From Sulfurospirillaceae bacterium (lineage in GTDB: Bacteria; Campylobacterota; Campylobacteria; Campylobacterales; Sulfurospirillaceae), in the NCBI GenBank assembly GCA_033723415.1, contig JAWVXD010000002.1, positions 1 through 64,000 on the forward strand: a DNA stretch of 64,000 bases, given 5' to 3'. Positions 50,426-59,742 of this stretch are shown here, piece after piece; position 1 is the stretch's first letter, and every line of letters begins with the position of its first letter. The translations under genes were made by a program, and so were the position numbers. A model generated the notes under the pieces. The model was given only the letters and a program-made list of their open reading frames with translations, had not been told where the DNA came from and did not search any database.

Positions 50426-51190
50426 ATGAAACACAAATGGAAAGCAGACGCCTACGCGTCAAATTCAAAAGGACAAGAGATTTGGGCAAAAGAGTTGATA
50501 GAAAAGATGCACTTACAAGGATGCGAGACAATCCTCGATATCGGTTGCGGTGATGGCAAGATCACGAACTATTTGGCTGGACTTACGACATCTCAGGTTA
50601 CGGGAATCGACTTGAGCCATGATATGATCGCTTTTGCAAAAAAAAGTTTTGTAAAGCCACGATTTATCCAAATGGGAGCAGAAGATCTCAAATTTGACTC
50701 TGAATTTGATCTCATATTTTCCAATGCAGCACTTCACTGGGTAAAAGATCATGATGCGGTTGTAAGAGGCATCTATAAAGCACTAAAACCAGGGGGCAAG
50801 ATATTGCTTCAAATGGGTGGTAAAGGCAATGCTTTTGAAGTATTTAAAGCACTGGAATTTGTGAAAAAAGAGTATGTGCCTTATTTTAAAGATTTCATCT
50901 CACCTTATACCTTTCACTGTGACACCTATTATATAGAGTTATTGAGAAACATAGGATTTGAAAGCTTTGACGCTACATTGATTCCAAAAGAGATGGTTCA
51001 CCAAAATATTGATGATTTCAAGGGATGGCTTGAAACGACTTGGTTTCCATTCCTAGATTGTGTGCCAAAGGTGAAAAGGGAGACTTTTCTCAACCAATGG
51101 ATTCAAACCTATTTGGATTTGACCTCTTTACATGACCAAGGTCCGATCAGTGTTTCGATGATAAGACTCGAAGTCACAGCACAAAAATAA
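50426..51190 (+). CDS. Class I SAM-dependent methyltransferase, Tam-like
   Basis: ILDIGCGDG, FSNAALHW and LKPGG motifs. Confidence 0.9.
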   Translation: MKHKWKADAYASNSKGQEIWAKELIEKMHLQGCETILDIGCGDGKITNYLAGLTTSQVTGIDLSHDMIAFAKKSFVKPRFIQMGAEDLKFDSEFDLIFSNAALHWVKDHDAVVRGIYKALKPGGKILLQMGGKGNAFEVFKALEFVKKEYVPYFKDFISPYTFHCDTYYIELLRNIGFESFDATLIPKEMVHQNIDDFKGWLETTWFPFLDCVPKVKRETFLNQWIQTYLDLTSLHDQGPISVSMIRLEVTAQK

Positions 51191-51194
51191 AACC

Positions 51195-51219
51195 TGCCCC
51201 GTTAGAAAAATACGGGGCA
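51195..51219. terminator. GC-rich hairpin terminator
   Basis: TGCCCCGT-N9-ACGGGGCA right after the methyltransferase stop. Confidence 0.7.
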
Positions 51220-51303
51220 AATAAAAATTATAAGATATTAAATGTATAATTCAACGAAAAAAAGTTAAAATTTCAAATATCACAATCGCTGAGGAGATTT
51301 CCC

Positions 51304-51855
51304 ATAAAAAGCTTTTTAATAACAATCAAAAATGCTAAGTTCCTCTCAGTGGTCACTTCACTCATCTTGACATTTGTCTTTGCAATGCGAACGGATACCT
51401 TAGTGTTTTTAAATCAAGCACACACCTACATCATTTGGTTTTGGAGTACTTTGATCTCGTATCGTTTCATACATGAAAAGTCTACTCTGATTATTTTTTG
51501 TCTGCTACTTAGCGGCTTGCTGATCTTATATATAATCTTTAAAATCCTCACAAGGCCAGAATACTTAGCATATCAAGAAGACATTATTTATGATCTAAAA
51601 TGGCGTTGGAATTGGAAGCAAAATACCATATCCAATATCTGGTGCTATTGCCCAAAATGCGATTGCGCTCTCCTGTATGACGACGGTTTTTACTATAATC
51701 CCATCTCAAATATAACAAAAACCGACTTGATTTGCGAACAGTGCGACTCACAGATCATCGCCAGCATCAAAGGCGGTAACAAGGATTTTATTGTCAGGCT
51801 GGCAAAACGCGAAGTCAAAAAAAGAATTATAACCAAAGCATATAAAAAGTCTTAA
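51304..51855 (+). CDS. Hypothetical membrane protein with C-terminal Zn ribbon; start uncertain
   Basis: TM segments, then WRWNW, CPKC and CEQC. The RBS precedes an in-frame ATA at 51304; the first standard start is GTG at 51349. Confidence 0.65.
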   Translation: MKSFLITIKNAKFLSVVTSLILTFVFAMRTDTLVFLNQAHTYIIWFWSTLISYRFIHEKSTLIIFCLLLSGLLILYIIFKILTRPEYLAYQEDIIYDLKWRWNWKQNTISNIWCYCPKCDCALLYDDGFYYNPISNITKTDLICEQCDSQIIASIKGGNKDFIVRLAKREVKKRIITKAYKKS

Positions 51856-51911
51856 TTTATTTTTTAAGCCGGGACATGATAAACTTGAAAAAACTCGCTA
51901 AAGGAGCATTT

Positions 51912-52445
51912 ATGAAATACTTCGTTTTTATTCTGGCATTTGCTATAAATATCACATTTGCAGGTAATTTCACATTAAAAAGCAATGATGTCGGCGGTCA
52001 GTTTACTATAAATCAAGTCTTTAACGGATTTGGATGCAGCGGCAAAAATATCTCTCCTCAGTTAAGCTGGAGCGATGCGCCAAAAGGAACCAAAAGTTTT
52101 GCTATCACTATGTATGATCCCGATGCTCCAACAGGCAGCGGCTGGTGGCATTGGATCGTTTATAATATACCAGCATCTACTTCCGATCTAGTAAGCAACG
52201 CAAGCGCATTGAAACTTCTTCCGAAAGGCTCTGTTGAAAGCGTAACAAGTTTCGGTGTGAAAGGTTTTGGCGGTGCATGCCCACCTCGCGGTGATAAAGC
52301 TCACAGATATGTTATAACAATTTACGCCCTAAATGTGACCAAGCTAGATTTAGGTGAAAACCCAAGCCCTGAGTTGGTTGGATTTAATCTAAATGCACAT
52401 GCTATACAAAAGAGTTCTATTATCTCATATTACGGTAGAAAATAA
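51912..52445 (+). CDS. YbhB/YbcL (PEBP) family periplasmic protein
   Basis: Signal peptide; DPDAPTGSGWWHW, GACPP and HRY motifs. Confidence 0.93.
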   Translation: MKYFVFILAFAINITFAGNFTLKSNDVGGQFTINQVFNGFGCSGKNISPQLSWSDAPKGTKSFAITMYDPDAPTGSGWWHWIVYNIPASTSDLVSNASALKLLPKGSVESVTSFGVKGFGGACPPRGDKAHRYVITIYALNVTKLDLGENPSPELVGFNLNAHAIQKSSIISYYGRK

Positions 52446-52452
52446 ATCAAAT

Positions 52453-52487
52453 ACAGCGGCACACTTATCTTAAATGCGTGCCGCTGT
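52453..52487. terminator. Bidirectional terminator marking the left boundary of the aromatic island
   Basis: ACAGCGGCAC...GTGCCGCTGT. Confidence 0.75.
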
Positions 52488-52492
52488 TATAT

Positions 52493-53023
52493 TTATATCG
52501 TAGAATCTTTCATCGCTTGATGTAAAACAGCGATATTTTTTTCTGCCAATTTAGAATTCATTTGAGTTATTGCTGCTTCTATATCCTTTTGTGAAAAAGG
52601 GAAATGTGGGTCTCTAGCCAGTGTTGCTCCTAACATATAGACGTTTAGAGCTTGTATATCAAATTCTTTGTCCTTTGCTTTTTGATAAGCATCAATTTTA
52701 ATACTCTCATACTCAGTCTTTGGAAAATCATCACTTGCATTTACTATGATCGTACCTGTTTTTTTGTTTAAAAACTGTATATTTCGAAGTCCTTCATTTC
52801 CATCTAGAGCGATCAACAGATCAGCTTGTCCTTGGTCAATCGCCGGTGAATAAAAATCTCCGACTTTAACATAACATGACACAGACCCGCCTCGCTGACT
52901 CATACCGTGATTTTCCGTTCCTATACACTTTTGCTCATTTATAGAAGCAGCTATGCTTAGAACTTTGACTAAAAAAACCGCACCCTGTCCTCCAATACCA
53001 GCTATGACTATCTGATACCTCAT
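52493..53023 (-). CDS. iorB: Indolepyruvate:ferredoxin oxidoreductase beta subunit
   Basis: GIGGQG, HGMSQRGGSV and NVYMLG motifs. Confidence 0.9.
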   Translation of the reverse strand: MRYQIVIAGIGGQGAVFLVKVLSIAASINEQKCIGTENHGMSQRGGSVSCYVKVGDFYSPAIDQGQADLLIALDGNEGLRNIQFLNKKTGTIIVNASDDFPKTEYESIKIDAYQKAKDKEFDIQALNVYMLGATLARDPHFPFSQKDIEAAITQMNSKLAEKNIAVLHQAMKDSTI

Positions 53024-54828
53024 CTCTCAACCTCCATAAAAGCACCGGTCGGACACACATCATCCAAACATGCAGAACATCCTATACACAAAAATGGATC
53101 TATCTCGATCTTTTTGTCTTCATTATATGCCATAGGCGGACATTTATAAGCAGTTGTACAGATATCGCAAGCGACACATTTGTCCTGATCCACTGTCGCA
53201 TATGTTCCCGGTAGTTTTTCATAAGATATCTCTTTGTCAAGAACACAAAACTCTCTGATAACTGCTACGACAGGTGCATTTGATGATTCATATTTCTCTT
53301 TTAATATTTTCATAAACCCTATGGTTTTATCTATGTCAGGAACATATTCATACTCTAAACACTCGACTCCACATCCTTCTACTATCTTTTTGATATCTAT
53401 ACTTTGAGGGCTGATTCTCTCAGGAGTTACTTGCCTTCCTGTCATAGCGGTAGTTGAGTTATCCAAGATAACAAGCACAAATCTATGATTTAAGCTGACC
53501 GCGTTTATAAGAGGAGCAACACCGGAGTGCAAAAAGGTACTGTCGCCTATAGTAGCTACAACCGTTTTGTTTTTATCTGCTAGAGAGAAACCGCTTGCCA
53601 GTGAAACTGATGCCCCCATACATAAGAAAGCATCTATAGCTCCTTGATTAAGCCCAAGCGTGTAACAACCTATATCTGATGAATATATCGATTTATTTTT
53701 CTTAAAAACTTTCATGATAGAAAAGAAAACATCTCTGTGAGGACAGCCTGGACATAAATTTGGAGGACGATTCGGAAGTGTTTTTTCATATTTTTCATTT
53801 TTATAAAAATCACTTTTTGAGATTATTCCTACATTTGAAAAAGCTGCCAATACTTTATCTTTTGTAAACTCGTCTATTACATGCAGATCTTTTGTGAGTT
53901 TTCCGTGCAATTTAGGGGAACTTAGTTGTTCTTCTATACAAGGATAAGTCTCTTCAAAAACGATGACTTTTTCATATCCTTCAAAAAGTGCCTCAATTTT
54001 CTCTTTCGGCAGAGGATAAGACATATCAAATTTCAGTACATCGGCTTGAATATTCATCTCTTCTATGGCTTCTCTTACATATCCATCACCTGTTCCACTT
54101 GTAAGACACAAGACTTTTTTACCTTCTAACTTTTTGATTCTAGGCTCTATAAGACTTGTCCAATTGAACTCTTTAATGATCTCTATCTTTTCTAATAGCT
54201 CTAAACCTTGTCTAAATCTTCCGGCAGGAGGGACACCTGCCCATCGTGGGATATCTCTTATAAATTTACCTTCAAATGGATTGAAGTTCAATTCATCATC
54301 AACTTCACAGATCTCTCTGGCATGGCAAACTCTCATGACAGGACGTAACATGACAACCGTTTCAAATTGGTGAGATATTTCTATACCCAGTTTTACCATA
54401 TCGTAGGCTTCTTGAGGAGTGGCTGGATCTAAAACAGGAATTTTGGCAAACTTGGCAAAACTACGGCTGTCTTGTTCAGTCTGCGAAGAATGAAAACCAG
54501 GATCATCAGCACTGACCAGTAACATAGCGCCTTTTAGTCCGATATATGCCGCACTCATAAGCGCATCGCTTGCAACATTCAATCCCACCTGTTTCATAGT
54601 AGCACAAGTCTTTTTACCTGCTATTGCTCCTGCGTAGGCAACTTCAAATCCTACTTTTTCATTTGTAGCCCACTCGGCATAGGCATTGACATCAAAATTA
54701 TTTTTATATTTCTGAAAACTGCCTAAAATCTCACTTGACGGCGTTCCAGGATATCCTGAAATCATATCAACACCTGAGTGCACCAGTGAAAGCGCTATGG
54801 CTTCATTCCCCATAAGAATCTTCTTCAT
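53020..54828 (-). CDS. iorA: Indolepyruvate:ferredoxin oxidoreductase alpha subunit (ATG at 54828)
   Basis: LMGNEA, GYPGTPSSE, MKQVGLNVA, CPGCPHR, DIGCY, IGDSTF and two ferredoxin motifs. Confidence 0.94.
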   Translation of the reverse strand: MKKILMGNEAIALSLVHSGVDMISGYPGTPSSEILGSFQKYKNNFDVNAYAEWATNEKVGFEVAYAGAIAGKKTCATMKQVGLNVASDALMSAAYIGLKGAMLLVSADDPGFHSSQTEQDSRSFAKFAKIPVLDPATPQEAYDMVKLGIEISHQFETVVMLRPVMRVCHAREICEVDDELNFNPFEGKFIRDIPRWAGVPPAGRFRQGLELLEKIEIIKEFNWTSLIEPRIKKLEGKKVLCLTSGTGDGYVREAIEEMNIQADVLKFDMSYPLPKEKIEALFEGYEKVIVFEETYPCIEEQLSSPKLHGKLTKDLHVIDEFTKDKVLAAFSNVGIISKSDFYKNEKYEKTLPNRPPNLCPGCPHRDVFFSIMKVFKKNKSIYSSDIGCYTLGLNQGAIDAFLCMGASVSLASGFSLADKNKTVVATIGDSTFLHSGVAPLINAVSLNHRFVLVILDNSTTAMTGRQVTPERISPQSIDIKKIVEGCGVECLEYEYVPDIDKTIGFMKILKEKYESSNAPVVAVIREFCVLDKEISYEKLPGTYATVDQDKCVACDICTTAYKCPPMAYNEDKKIEIDPFLCIGCSACLDDVCPTGAFMEVER

Positions 54829-54868
54829 AAAACGGCTCCTCTTGCCTGAGTATGTCAAAACAAATATT

Positions 54869-55654
54869 TTAAGATGAGTACTTGTTTAAAAATTCAATAA
54901 ATGCTCTAGCTTCATTTTTCGGATAAGAACTTAAAATCTCCAATGATTTTTTAATATGTTCATCAAGCGGCATATCATCTATAGAATCTATGTGTAAGAT
55001 ATCTTCGATCCCGTCAATTTCAAATGAACATTTATCAAAGTGCAAAACAATAGTATCATCATTGAATTGTAACTTATAAAACTTTATATTTGAAGCTGCA
55101 AACTCGCAATCTTTTGTCTTGATCTTGATTTTCATGGCAGATTTTAATTCTAACAGCTGAATGATTGTTAAAAGTGAGTAGTGTGCTTTTGATTCAACAT
55201 TTAATGAAACCAATATTTTTGACACTGTAACTCTCATCTCTTCTGCATCTTCACGTGAGAAAAAATCAGAGTTTATCATATCAACGGCATCTATGATATC
55301 CGCATAATCATCTTTTACTTCATAAGTATCATTGATCATCTCTTTGCCTTCATGCATCAAGATGATTCTCTTTGACAATTCCTTAAAGACTTTTGTATAG
55401 TTTTCTGTATTTACCAAGATCGTCTCAGGTAGCTTATATTTTTCATAATACATCAATTTTGTATTTTGAATCTGCAAAAAACCTCTCTTTAGCAAATATT
55501 CACATCCATCTGCTATTTTTGCATTTATATCTAGGTTGTTAAACTCTTTTGTGTAGACGACATTTTTAAAATCTTTTTGCGAAAAAGCAGTGCCTTGATT
55601 TTTTATGGCATATGTCAAGATATTCACTATAAGTTCAAAGGTACAACTTTTCAT
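54869..55654 (-). CDS. Hypothetical protein, possible wHTH plus degenerate WYL-like domain
   Basis: 261-aa ORF with AAGGA RBS, first gene of the ior unit; domain call rests on pattern resemblance only. Confidence 0.6.
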   Translation of the reverse strand: MKSCTFELIVNILTYAIKNQGTAFSQKDFKNVVYTKEFNNLDINAKIADGCEYLLKRGFLQIQNTKLMYYEKYKLPETILVNTENYTKVFKELSKRIILMHEGKEMINDTYEVKDDYADIIDAVDMINSDFFSREDAEEMRVTVSKILVSLNVESKAHYSLLTIIQLLELKSAMKIKIKTKDCEFAASNIKFYKLQFNDDTIVLHFDKCSFEIDGIEDILHIDSIDDMPLDEHIKKSLEILSSYPKNEARAFIEFLNKYSS

Positions 55655-55752
55655 ATTATCCTTTCAGTTTAAAATTTTTAATTTTATAGAAAAACTACTT
55701 AATCTTGAGTTATTCCTATCTAAAACTAATATTTTATCAAGTCTTTTATGTT

Positions 55753-55793
55753 ATACTACAAAAAAATAATTAAATTAGTCATACTTGTAGTAT
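55753..55793. promoter_or_regulatory. Putative PaaX operator 1 (divergent promoter region)
   Basis: Perfect ATACTACAA...TTGTAGTAT (TACA-N25-TGTA). Overlaps plus-strand TGtTATACT and the -35 zone of a minus-strand TGaTAAAAT. Confidence 0.7.
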
Positions 55794-55824
55794 TTATTTT
55801 TTATAAATTTAAATAGGATTATGA

Positions 55825-56973
55825 ATGAGAAATGAAAGCAAAAAAAAAGTGATGGTTATAGGAGGCGGCTATGCAGGTATATCACTTCTACACGAATTAA
55901 AAAAGCATAGAGATATAGAACTTACTTTGATAGACAAATCACCAAATCACGTTATGCAGACCCATATACACAAGTACTTGTCCGGACACTACAGTAAAGA
56001 AGATATCACCTGTGACTATCAAGAGTATTGTAAAAAAAACTCCATAAGATTTATCCAAGATGAGATCATTGATATAAAATTTTCTGACAACTACGTTGAA
56101 ACCAAAAATGCCAATACTTATAAATACGATTATATCGTAATAGCAACAGGCGCTACATCCTTCTTTCCTACACAAATAGAGAACATAACAATGTTTACCA
56201 AAGATATAAAGCAGATAGAAAATTTGGATTATTATAGAGAGACTTTTTTAAAATTATTGAGATCTAAACCAAAAAATAAAAATATCCTAGTCGTAGGAGG
56301 AGGCGTTTCAGGACTTCAAATTGCCTGCGAATATGCTCAAACTATCCTATCAAATCATCTTAATTCTGAAAATATCGCCGTAACATTAGTTGAAGGACTT
56401 GATACTATCTTGCCCAATATGGACAAGTTTCTCATAGAAAAATCTATGCAAAGATGCGAACAATTGGGTGTAAAAGTCATAAATAAACTTTTTGCATCAA
56501 AAATATTTCAAGATAAAGTAGTCCTATCAAACTCACTTGAGCTACCTTATGATATCTTAATATTCGTAGTCGGCGTAGCCGGAAACTCCATCAAGAATAT
56601 AGAAAATGACGTAGCTTCAAATCAAAGAAACCAAATCATCGTAGATGAATATTACAGGATAGCTCCATATCAAAATGCCTTTGCCATAGGCGATATAGTA
56701 CAAGCTATAGATGTTAAAACTAAAACCTTTCAAACTCCTACAGCACAGGCTTCTAGAATGCAAGCAGAGTTGGTTTCCAAAAATATTATAAACAGTATAA
56801 AAGGCAGAAATCTAGTCAAAAACAACATTTCCAACAAAGGTATATTTATAGACTTAGGCGGAACGAACAGCGCTATAGGAAAACTCTCTGCTCTTAATAT
56901 AAAAGGTAAAATAGCTCTTTGGATGAAAAAGCTCATATATTCACTTCATATAAGAAAACTTAATAAAATGTAA
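55825..56973 (+). CDS. NAD(P)/FAD-dependent oxidoreductase, NDH-2/AIF-like
   Basis: GGGYAG, IATG, VVGGGVSG, AIGD and TAQ motifs. Confidence 0.88.
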   Translation: MRNESKKKVMVIGGGYAGISLLHELKKHRDIELTLIDKSPNHVMQTHIHKYLSGHYSKEDITCDYQEYCKKNSIRFIQDEIIDIKFSDNYVETKNANTYKYDYIVIATGATSFFPTQIENITMFTKDIKQIENLDYYRETFLKLLRSKPKNKNILVVGGGVSGLQIACEYAQTILSNHLNSENIAVTLVEGLDTILPNMDKFLIEKSMQRCEQLGVKVINKLFASKIFQDKVVLSNSLELPYDILIFVVGVAGNSIKNIENDVASNQRNQIIVDEYYRIAPYQNAFAIGDIVQAIDVKTKTFQTPTAQASRMQAELVSKNIINSIKGRNLVKNNISNKGIFIDLGGTNSAIGKLSALNIKGKIALWMKKLIYSLHIRKLNKM

Positions 56974-57005
56974 AAAAGTAATAAAAAAAAATAAAAAAAA
57001 TAAAG

Positions 57006-57044
57006 TACTACAGATTTATGTAAAGTTTAAGTAATATTGTAATA
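57006..57044. promoter_or_regulatory. Putative PaaX operator 2, upstream of the transporter operon
   Basis: TACTACA-N25-TGTAATA. Confidence 0.65.
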
Positions 57045-57094
57045 GACTTTTTTATAGAGACAAATGACTCTCATAAAATATAAAGGAAGTAAAT

Positions 57095-57160
57095 ATGAAA
57101 AACATTATAAAAATATCCAGTATTAAAATCCCTGCTTCTATAATGAAAGCTCAAATATGA
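57095..57160 (+). other. 21-aa uORF MKNIIKISSIKIPASIMKAQI coupled (ATGA) to the first permease; binding-protein deletion scar or leader peptide
   Basis: AAAGGAAG RBS; its stop overlaps the permease ATG. Confidence 0.55.
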
Positions 57161-58026
57161 GTGAATTGTTACAATTTATCTTTGGCGGTCTTACTGTCGG
57201 GTTTATATATGCTCTTGTAGGATTGGGCTTTACCGTAATCTATAATTCAAGCAAGATCATAAACTTTTCCCAAGGTGAGTTTGTCATGGTTGGCGGCATG
57301 TCTGCAGTATTTTTATCATATGCAAAATTCCCTTTTGTATTGGCGTTTCCAATCGCCATATTTCTTTCTTCTCTGCTAGGATATATACTGTTTAAACTTG
57401 TTTCTATATCAAAGAACTCATCAACTACATCTTTGATCATATTGACACTTGGTTATTCTATTTTTTTAAGAGGAGCGGCTCAAGTCGTGTTTGATAAACA
57501 GATGCACACTTTGCCGGCTTTTATAAGCAACACTCCTATAAATGTTTTCGGAGCTACTATAACTCCACAGGCAATTCTTGTAATCGTTGTATCGCTTATC
57601 ATAGTTTTTGGTTTGTATTTTCTATTTAACAAAACAAAACTCGGTAAAGCTATGCTTGCTACGGCAGATAATAAAAATGCAGCAAAACTTGTAGGTATTT
57701 CTGTTCGCAAGATATTGATCTGGAATTTTATGATCTCTGCAGGAATCGCTTCTATCGGAGGAATTGTTTTAACTCCCATAATATCTACAAATTATGAGAT
57801 CGGAATTATGCTCGGACTTAAAGGGTTTTGTGCGGCGATCATAGGCGGCATCGGCAATCCTTTCGGCGCTGTTTTTGGCGGAGTATTGCTAGGTGTGCTT
57901 GAATCTTTCGTTGCAGGTTATTTAAGCAGTGAATACAAAGATGCCGTCGCATTTATAGTTTTACTGTTGATTTTATTCTTTTTCCCGGGCGGTCTGTTTG
58001 GGTCTAAAAAATTTGTGAGAGTTTAA
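57157..58026 (+). CDS. HAAT/LIV-type ABC permease (LivH-like)
   Basis: YALVGLG, INFSQGE, LGKAMLA and GGIGN motifs. Confidence 0.92.
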   Translation: MSELLQFIFGGLTVGFIYALVGLGFTVIYNSSKIINFSQGEFVMVGGMSAVFLSYAKFPFVLAFPIAIFLSSLLGYILFKLVSISKNSSTTSLIILTLGYSIFLRGAAQVVFDKQMHTLPAFISNTPINVFGATITPQAILVIVVSLIIVFGLYFLFNKTKLGKAMLATADNKNAAKLVGISVRKILIWNFMISAGIASIGGIVLTPIISTNYEIGIMLGLKGFCAAIIGGIGNPFGAVFGGVLLGVLESFVAGYLSSEYKDAVAFIVLLLILFFFPGGLFGSKKFVRV

Positions 58027-58027
58027 T

Positions 58028-58969
58028 ATGAGAAATAATGGTTTATTTTTAGATAAGGGAATTGTGTTAATGATAGCCATATTGTGTATCTTGCCTTTGA
58101 TACTGCAAAATAGCTTTCACTATGAGATTGCGATCACAAGTATGTTAAATGCCGTCATCTGTATAGGTCTCAATATGCTGGTAGGATATGCCGGACAGAT
58201 CTCTCTGGGTCATGGAGCTTTTGCCGGACTTGGAGCATATGTTGCTATCATCCTCTCTACAACTTTTGGATTTGATCCTGTCTTAAGCATCGCTATATCT
58301 TGTATTGTTCTTGCTGTTTTGGCTTTTCTTGTATCAAAGCCTATCCTGAAACTTGAAGGTCACTATCTGGCTATGGGAACTTTGGCGGTAGGTATCATCA
58401 TCTCCCTTGTTCTTACTAATCAATCAGACTTAACGGGCGGACCTGACGGTATGAGCGTATCGCAATTTAGTATATTCGGATATGTGTTCAATAATGATAT
58501 GCAATGGTATGTGATTTCTGCTTTTCTTTTGGTTTTTTCTATTTGGGCGCTACAAAATGTCATTCATTCGCCATTTGGAAGGATACTCAGGTGTATCAGA
58601 GATTCTGAGACTGCAGCAAAATCAATAGGTGCAGACGTACCATACTATAAGACTTATGTATTTGTCATCTCCGTTGTTATAGCAACAATCGCAGGAAGTT
58701 TATATGCGTACTATTCAGGCTTTATATCTCCTGCAGATTCGAGTTTCACAAGATCAATCCAACTTGTCGTCATGATAGTCTTTGGCGGATTAGGAAGGAT
58801 TTACGGCGCTGTATTTGGAGCGGTGATCATCACGGCACTGCCGCAGCTTTTGACTTCCTTGCACGATTACGAGCAAATGGTCTACGGTGCGATTATTATC
58901 TTTGTCATGATATTTATGCCGAAGGGAATCGTATCCATATTTGACCGTTTCAGAAAGGAGGAGGTATGA
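58028..58969 (+). CDS. HAAT/LIV-type ABC permease (LivM-like)
   Basis: GYAGQISLGHGAF, GHYLAM and TGGPDG motifs. Confidence 0.92.
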   Translation: MRNNGLFLDKGIVLMIAILCILPLILQNSFHYEIAITSMLNAVICIGLNMLVGYAGQISLGHGAFAGLGAYVAIILSTTFGFDPVLSIAISCIVLAVLAFLVSKPILKLEGHYLAMGTLAVGIIISLVLTNQSDLTGGPDGMSVSQFSIFGYVFNNDMQWYVISAFLLVFSIWALQNVIHSPFGRILRCIRDSETAAKSIGADVPYYKTYVFVISVVIATIAGSLYAYYSGFISPADSSFTRSIQLVVMIVFGGLGRIYGAVFGAVIITALPQLLTSLHDYEQMVYGAIIIFVMIFMPKGIVSIFDRFRKEEV

Positions 58970-59742
58970 GCTTATTAAAAGTTTCAGGTATCTCTAAAAA
59001 TTTTGGCGGACTAAAAGCTCTGGATGATATATCATTTGAAGTACAAGAAGGAACTATACACGCGCTAATCGGTCCTAACGGAGCCGGGAAGACTACGCTT
59101 GTAAATATGATATCCGGCATATATTCTGTTGAAGAGGGACAAATTTTCTTCAATGATGAAGAGATCACAAATACACCGACCCACAAATTGGTAAGCAAAC
59201 ACATTGTAAGGACATTTCAAAATCTGGAGATCTGTGAAAATATGACCGTAATGGAAAACGTACTTCTTGGTTTCAATATCAATATGAATAAAAGTCTTCT
59301 AAAATGCTCTTTCCAATTTGAATCCATCATAGACGATGAAGAGAAGTTTAAGCACATTGCCTTGTCTCACCTTAAGCGAATAGGACTCGAAGATGTTGCT
59401 TATAAAAAATGTTCTTCCCTCTCTTATGGCGTACTTAAAAAAGTAGAGATCGTCAGAGCTTTAGCCAACAATCCAAAGCTGCTTTTACTAGATGAGCCTG
59501 TTGCCGGATTAAACGGTACGGAAACAGCAGAGATAGCAGAAATCATAAAAGAAATAGCAGCAGAGGGAGTCACAATACTTTTGATCGAACATGATATGAA
59601 AATGATCATGAACATCTCCGATATGATCACGGTGGTAAACTTCGGACAAAAGCTCGCAGAGGGAAAACCAAAAGAGATATCATCTAACCCTGAAGTGATC
59701 AAAGCATATCTGGGAGAAGGATCGTTACATGCAAAAGTCTGA
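58966..59742 (+). CDS. LIV-type ABC ATPase (LivG-like)
   Basis: FGGLKAL, GPNGAGKTT, RTFQN, LDEP and IEHDM motifs. Confidence 0.93.
   Translation: MSLLKVSGISKNFGGLKALDDISFEVQEGTIHALIGPNGAGKTTLVNMISGIYSVEEGQIFFNDEEITNTPTHKLVSKHIVRTFQNLEICENMTVMENVLLGFNINMNKSLLKCSFQFESIIDDEEKFKHIALSHLKRIGLEDVAYKKCSSLSYGVLKKVEIVRALANNPKLLLLDEPVAGLNGTETAEIAEIIKEIAAEGVTILLIEHDMKMIMNISDMITVVNFGQKLAEGKPKEISSNPEVIKAYLGEGSLHAKV

Noticed and set aside
56971..57004. Tandem poly-A tracts upstream of the transporter as a phase-variation site
   Set aside because: A8-A9 runs are common in AT-rich intergenic DNA; Campylobacterota contingency loci are usually poly-G/C, and I saw no long G/C tract in this window
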